Shown here: positions 59,733 to 64,000 of the stretch, one piece after another
Layout of the letters: each line of letters begins with the position of its first letter
Position numbering within the stretch: position 1 is the first letter of the stretch
IMG/VR virus record: IMGVR_UViG_3300027844_002282
Origin: a virus
DNA length: 64,000 nt
Reading direction: 5' to 3' (one strand)
Made by a program: the position numbers and the translations under genes
The notes under the pieces: generated by a model
Told to the model about the DNA's origin: nothing
What the model saw: only the letters and a program-made list of their open reading frames with translations
The model's database searches: none

Positions 59733-60269
59733 ATGGTCTATATTTGGGGGAAGGGAATGAAAAAGAGTTCATTAATCCTGTTTATACTAATGACCATGGA
59801 GGCATTCTCATTTGAACCAAGGATGCAGGCCGAAGTCAGAACATACACTCCAGAGCACCTGGTTCCAAAAAAAGCAACAATTGAGCTTCTCGATGGCACT
59901 AAGATAATCGGAACTATAGAAGACAAAGATGGGAAATACATTATCAAATCCGAATCTGCCGGTGAAATAATCATAGAAAAAGACGAGGCGAAAATTATTG
60001 AATATAAGGAACGGGTTGTAAAGAAGAAAAGCGAGGGGAAAAAAACAATCAGTGATCTACAACAAATGATGCTTTCAGACCCAGACTTGATCAATGAAAT
60101 CATTCTTAGGTTCGCCACTGATAAAGATTTTCTTGATGTTATATCAGACCCAGAAGTAATAAAACATATCCAAGATTTTAATCTATTGGAGCTTCTTACA
60201 AATCCGAAAATACAGGCTCTTACCGAAAAGGAAAGCATTAAAGATTTTACCAAAAAAGTCACTGAATAA
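59733..60269 (+). CDS. Secreted protein with STI1/DP-like helical C-terminus
   Basis: Signal peptide MKKSSLILFILM..AFS; DPDL, DPEV and NPKI repeats. Confidence 0.55.
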   Translation: MVYIWGKGMKKSSLILFILMTMEAFSFEPRMQAEVRTYTPEHLVPKKATIELLDGTKIIGTIEDKDGKYIIKSESAGEIIIEKDEAKIIEYKERVVKKKSEGKKTISDLQQMMLSDPDLINEIILRFATDKDFLDVISDPEVIKHIQDFNLLELLTNPKIQALTEKESIKDFTKKVTE

Positions 60270-60271
60270 TT

Positions 60272-60664
60272 ATGGTCGAAGATGAAAAAGAATTACAAGG
60301 AATGATTGGACCTAACGGCGGGCCAGATATCCTATTTATAAGAAAATCTGAGACTCTTGATAGCATAGTCACAGAATACGAGTGGCCAAACGGATCTTCT
60401 TTCAGACTGGGATTCTCAGAACAGGGAGTCCGTGGGGATATTTATTGCGCGGACAGAAGTGGCGGTGTTAAAATGGGAATAGTAGACGACTCAGGAGGGT
60501 TTACTGTCCCAACATACTATTGTCATAAAATAAATATGCCAGTAATAATTAACGAATTGGCTATGCGTAGCTGTCGTAATATTTACATACTTAGAAAGGG
60601 CTCAGAACTTGGCGTGTTTGGCGGAAACATAGAACTTGATCTTTCTAAACCAGACAGGGGCTAA
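60272..60664 (+). CDS. Hypothetical protein
   Basis: 130 aa. Confidence 0.5.
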   Translation: MVEDEKELQGMIGPNGGPDILFIRKSETLDSIVTEYEWPNGSSFRLGFSEQGVRGDIYCADRSGGVKMGIVDDSGGFTVPTYYCHKINMPVIINELAMRSCRNIYILRKGSELGVFGGNIELDLSKPDRG

Positions 60665-60670
60665 AGACTA

Positions 60671-60868
60671 ATGCTAAGTAGAGAGTTCCTGTTAGATTTA
60701 GAAAAATGTTGTGGCAGCGGATGCTTTAACTGCCCATATGACCCAAGGCACACGAGAGGGTCAGAAAAAATTTCAAAAGACGCCCCTGTAGTTCAATCGG
60801 AAGAACAGTTGCCTTCGAAGCAATCGCGTCCGGGTTCGAATCCTGGCAGGGGTACCAATAACGATTAA
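60671..60868 (+). CDS. DUF5522-like small Cys-rich protein whose 3' end runs through a tRNA
   Basis: LSREFLL...CCGSGCFNCPY. Confidence 0.55.
   Translation: MLSREFLLDLEKCCGSGCFNCPYDPRHTRGSEKISKDAPVVQSEEQLPSKQSRPGSNPGRGTNND
60782..60857 (+). tRNA. tRNA-Arg(TCG)
   Basis: GTTGC-CT-TCG-AA-GCAAT, ACCA. Confidence 0.9.
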
Positions 60869-60977
60869 TCTGGATTAGGGAGCCAGTTGAATGCCAACTT
60901 CCCAAGGACGGGCGTTGAGGAATCCTCAATAGCTCTTACGAGAGCGAATCCTTGTTAAAAACACGTCGCCATTTTAC

Positions 60978-61242
60978 GTCGATGTAGGCGAGAGGAATAG
61001 CCATCGTAAACACGGAAATGAAGTCCCTAACGGGAGTATGAGAAGATATATCTCGGTAATATAGCTGCGTTGTGGCGTTCCCGGTATACGTCTTTTGGTA
61101 TAAAGGTTGTAAATGAGCTTCTAAGGCGACCTGGAAAAGCGAAGAGTGGAACCAGGTGGGTATAAGTAACCTGCCTTATTGATGCCCGTGACCTAACAGT
61201 ACCGTTCATACCACGTCGATTCAAGTCCGACCATCGACACCA
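60978..61242 (+). ncRNA. 265-nt tRNA-like RNA with about 200 nt of structured insert
   Basis: GTCGATG/CATCGAC-ACCA acceptor, TAGGC..GG..GCC D-arm, GTCGA-TTCAAGT-CCGAC T-arm. Confidence 0.65.
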
Positions 61243-61272
61243 ATTATGTAGAACCAAAAACGTAGAGAATTT

Positions 61273-61359
61273 GCATCGGTGACCGAATTGGCTGAAGGTA
61301 TCAGACTTTTAATCTGAAGAGCTAAGGCTCCACTGGGGGTTCGAATCCCTCCCGATGTA
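61273..61359 (+). tRNA. tRNA-Lys(TTT) with long variable arm, no encoded CCA
   Basis: TCAGA-CT-TTT-AA-TCTGA; GAGC-TAAG-GCTC arm. Confidence 0.8.
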
Positions 61360-61444
61360 AATGTGAAACCATAACCAATAAAGAACAACTAATAGATAAC
61401 AATAAATAGAATAACATAATCATAACTCAAAAAAAGGGGGGCGC

Positions 61445-61843
61445 ATGAGTTGGTGGAAATTTTGGTCTAAGACCAAAAATTATAGGGTGTCGGGAGCGGA
61501 AGTGATTGAAGAAAAATGGCCAAGTGACAGGCTAATAATTATAAGAAAAAACAAGGGCGAATCAGTGATCTATTTGAAAGACACTAAGACCCCAGTAATA
61601 GCAAGAAACGATGATAATGATTACATTTTAATACCAAAATTTGAAGTGGGTAAACCATATCTAAAACTGAAAGATCTCGCATACAAAATAGCAAAATTCG
61701 GAATCTATACACACATACACATTTTCAACATAGACGGGAGTACGGTAGCGGTGGTGGGAACCGTTAGAAAAATCGGGTTAGCTAAGGAGTTTTATAGCAT
61801 AAGAGATAGCTCAAGCGCACATAATATTAACAAATATGTATAA
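61445..61843 (+). CDS. Hypothetical protein
   Basis: 132 aa. Confidence 0.55.
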   Translation: MSWWKFWSKTKNYRVSGAEVIEEKWPSDRLIIIRKNKGESVIYLKDTKTPVIARNDDNDYILIPKFEVGKPYLKLKDLAYKIAKFGIYTHIHIFNIDGSTVAVVGTVRKIGLAKEFYSIRDSSSAHNINKYV

Positions 61844-61849
61844 AAGGGC

Positions 61850-61878
61850 TTGACTTTTCCCAATACCGAGCATATATT
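61850..61878 (+). promoter_or_regulatory. Sigma70-like promoter TTGACT-N17-TATATT
   Basis: Upstream of the lipoprotein gene. Confidence 0.55.
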
Positions 61879-61911
61879 ATCAACCAACGTACAATCAACA
61901 AGAGGTGAACC

Positions 61912-62439
61912 ATGAAGCTCCCGGTGTTATTAGTATTTTCAGCGTTCTTATCTGGATGTGCAACTTTACCAGTGGGGAAACAGTCTGCACCACCAATATA
62001 CACCTGTGAAACAATGCTCCCACCACTTCTTGAGGATTTTTACAGAATTTATCGAGAACCATACGTGGAAAACTTGTACGATTGTTCAAATAAATCTGCA
62101 AAATACACCCTCAAGTTGAGAGAAAATGGATTTGAGGCAAACACGATCCTTATTGAACAAGTCGGCTATGTTGTTGGCGACTTTATACACGCGGTTGTTA
62201 TTATAAAGATAGGGGACGATTGTGAGTTTTTCTGTGATATTACAAATGGGACTTGGACTACCGATTTACCCACACTCGGAATTCCTTTAGCCTACGTCAA
62301 CAGTATAGACTTGTTGACGAATTATGAATATGTTAACAATTTGCATTTGATCCCGTTTTTGGGAGAAGTGATAAAAGTGAGAGCTAATGGGGTCTTATAC
62401 ATAGACATAGCCGTTCCCGTTGTACTTGCACCAAAGTAG
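61912..62439 (+). CDS. Lipoprotein with transglutaminase/papain-like Cys-His-Asp pattern
   Basis: Lipobox LSG-C; YDCSNKS, HAVV, CDIT. Confidence 0.6.
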   Translation: MKLPVLLVFSAFLSGCATLPVGKQSAPPIYTCETMLPPLLEDFYRIYREPYVENLYDCSNKSAKYTLKLRENGFEANTILIEQVGYVVGDFIHAVVIIKIGDDCEFFCDITNGTWTTDLPTLGIPLAYVNSIDLLTNYEYVNNLHLIPFLGEVIKVRANGVLYIDIAVPVVLAPK

Positions 62440-62497
62440 AGATGGGAGTATAGCTCAGATAGGGTTTTTACAGTTAGTTGTTCTCAATTAAAGAAGG

Positions 62498-62737
62498 ATG
62501 TTTCAGGAAAAATGCGTGTTCGTATGTGAAACCTGCGGAACAAAACATCGAAAAGAAAAGACGGCCAAAGGGTGCTCGATACTTGACAAAAGGGAAGCTA
62601 TCATTAAGAAGTGCAAAAATTACACTGTAATGTTTGACTCGGCGATCCATAGACATAATCCAAATGCAGATACAGCAGATAGGTTTTTGGCTGGATTTAT
62701 CATAGACCAAGCCATTAACGATCCAGATTGGGAATGA
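62498..62737 (+). CDS. Small hypothetical protein
   Basis: CETC..H......C. Confidence 0.5.
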   Translation: MFQEKCVFVCETCGTKHRKEKTAKGCSILDKREAIIKKCKNYTVMFDSAIHRHNPNADTADRFLAGFIIDQAINDPDWE

Positions 62738-62738
62738 C

Positions 62739-62951
62739 ATGAAAAATATTACCATATATGATGAAGAATGGAGATATTACCAAAAAGAAAATGGGGACAC
62801 GATTTTATACTCCCCTCTATATCAGATATATGAAATCGGATTCGCCCACTGTAACAAGTTGATGCATACAGGATTCACCATAATAGATCCTGTAAAATTG
62901 AGTGAGTACATAAAGAGGTATATTTTGGAGACTAATCATGGGTCTAAGTAA
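62739..62951 (+). CDS. Hypothetical protein
   Basis: 70 aa, operon-like spacing. Confidence 0.5.
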   Translation: MKNITIYDEEWRYYQKENGDTILYSPLYQIYEIGFAHCNKLMHTGFTIIDPVKLSEYIKRYILETNHGSK

Positions 62952-63276
62952 CCATTGGAAATCTGACAAGGGAGTAAAATTCGATCACGAGTTAAGACTA
63001 ATAAACAATGGAATAGGTGAAGGCGAAATGGTCTTCTTTGGTGGAAAATGCTATCACGACATGGTATTTGGAATCACCAATATATCATTAGGGCGAGATG
63101 AGATCAGCAATGAGGCAATAATCAGAATATCCGAAGTTCTTGATGAGACTTCATACAAAGCGGCGAAAGAACATGCAGATCCGCAATGGGAGATGCAAGA
63201 TTTTGAATATGATGATTTTAGACTCATGTTCAGGAAATACGCAGAGGCAGGAGCAACGTTAACTGGATCGTGGTAG
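62938..63276 (+). CDS. Hypothetical phage protein
   Basis: 112 aa, GGAG RBS. Confidence 0.6.
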   Translation: MGLSNHWKSDKGVKFDHELRLINNGIGEGEMVFFGGKCYHDMVFGITNISLGRDEISNEAIIRISEVLDETSYKAAKEHADPQWEMQDFEYDDFRLMFRKYAEAGATLTGSW

Positions 63277-63294
63277 ATTCGAGGAATACAAACA

Positions 63295-63738
63295 ATGATA
63301 TCAACAGAAAATCCGAAAGGAACAATCGTAATCACAAGCGGATATTTTGACCCTCTACATGTAGGACATATAGAGTATCTTGAGTTAGCAAAACACTGGG
63401 GCGACTATTTAATAGCGATAGTCAACAACAACAATCAAGCTCTCCTTAAAAGCGGCGGATTTTTAATGGATCAGTTCGATAGGTTGAAAATTGTTGGCTC
63501 ATTGGGAATAGTTGATTCCGCACACCTTTCCATTGATAAGGGGCAATCAGTGAAGGACACAGTCGCTTACTTGCGACAGCAGTACCCAGACAACAAAATG
63601 ATCTTCGCCAATGGCGGAGACAGGCCCTCTGAGGGGCTCGAAGAGACCCAAGTGTGTGCTGATGGCGGAATCGAGTTAATAGACGGCCTCGGTGATAAGA
63701 TCAGATCTTCATCAGATTTTAGGAATTATTCTGTGTAG
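63295..63738 (+). CDS. Cytidylyltransferase-family nucleotidyltransferase (TagD/RfaE-like)
   Basis: SGYFDPLHVGHIEYL, FANGGDR, KIRSSS. Confidence 0.85.
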   Translation: MISTENPKGTIVITSGYFDPLHVGHIEYLELAKHWGDYLIAIVNNNNQALLKSGGFLMDQFDRLKIVGSLGIVDSAHLSIDKGQSVKDTVAYLRQQYPDNKMIFANGGDRPSEGLEETQVCADGGIELIDGLGDKIRSSSDFRNYSV

Positions 63739-64000
63739 ATTGTAGCTCGTCCTTATACGATTGCAGCGCCGGGTTGTCAGCATCCCTTTGACGAACCCTC
63801 TTTTGAAAACCAGGATCGTCTTTCAACCAACCCTTTGCATCCCCCATCATGGTACTGATTCCAATACTTTTTGATTTTTCCTTAAGATATCTGTCCCAGG
63901 CACTAATCGTGTCATCTATTCCTGAGTCCATGCCTTTGACCAAGTCAAAAAACTTTCTCACCGCAAGATAGGCGGCATTTTTCTTTTCGTCATTACTATC
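63719..64000 (-). CDS. Hypothetical protein, 5'-truncated by the window edge
   Basis: Frame stays open from 63961 to 64000 (DSNDEKKNAAYLAVRKFF...). Confidence 0.55.
   Translation of the reverse strand, partial: DSNDEKKNAAYLAVRKFFDLVKGMDSGIDDTISAWDRYLKEKSKSIGISTMMGDAKGWLKDDPGFQKRVRQRDADNPALQSYKDELQSTQNNS

Noticed and set aside
60978-61242. tmRNA or group I intron
   Set aside because: No G3-U70 or GGGG 5' end, shorter than typical tmRNA, no convincing tag frame; AAGATATA occurs near the 5' end and no P7 core could be built
48663-61257. ORF-track entries overlapping tRNAs/ncRNAs (e.g. 48728-49120, 51658-51855, 56055-56249, 57585-57806, 59279-59503, 61027-61257)
   Set aside because: Explained by the RNA genes; no RBS or protein motifs
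62443-62460. tRNA starting GGGAGTATAGCTCAG
   Set aside because: Only a 5' fragment; no anticodon arm, T-arm or 3' acceptor strand

Overview
A 64-kb segment of a large (jumbo-like) tailed phage genome in the standard genetic code. Positions 1-43346 are one minus-strand morphogenesis block. It holds a prohead protease-scaffold gene (runs off the left edge; missing from the ORF track), a 1592-aa putative virion protein, portal with a C-terminal DUF559-like nuclease, beta-propeller/LamG tail-type proteins with long Ser/Cys tracts, a CCA-adding/poly(A)-polymerase-family fusion, a trypsin-like protease, terminase large subunit, and a glycan-modification cluster (GT2s, two KpsS/KpsC-like proteins, sulfotransferase, methyltransferases, sulfatase-like). 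A palindromic repeat array sits at the strand switch (43.6-43.9 kb), followed by an RdgC-like gene and a possible lysis/membrane block. From 48.4 kb a plus-strand tRNA/ncRNA island carries about 18 tRNA or pseudo-tRNA genes, several tRNA-like or pseudoknotted RNAs, an HDV-like theta ribozyme and two minimal GluRS-like genes. The island opens with a leader-peptide transcription attenuator and an rrn-type boxA. Best candidates for undescribed systems: (1) a translation-sensing attenuator controlling a tRNA/tRNA-mimic rescue island; (2) glycosylation of Ser/Cys-rich virion proteins; (3) a motif-based head-cargo system (K-x-A sites, E-x-x-L repeats, a shared late promoter) that may deliver a CCA-type enzyme. 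All calls come from manual motif and base-pair reading; no searches were run.
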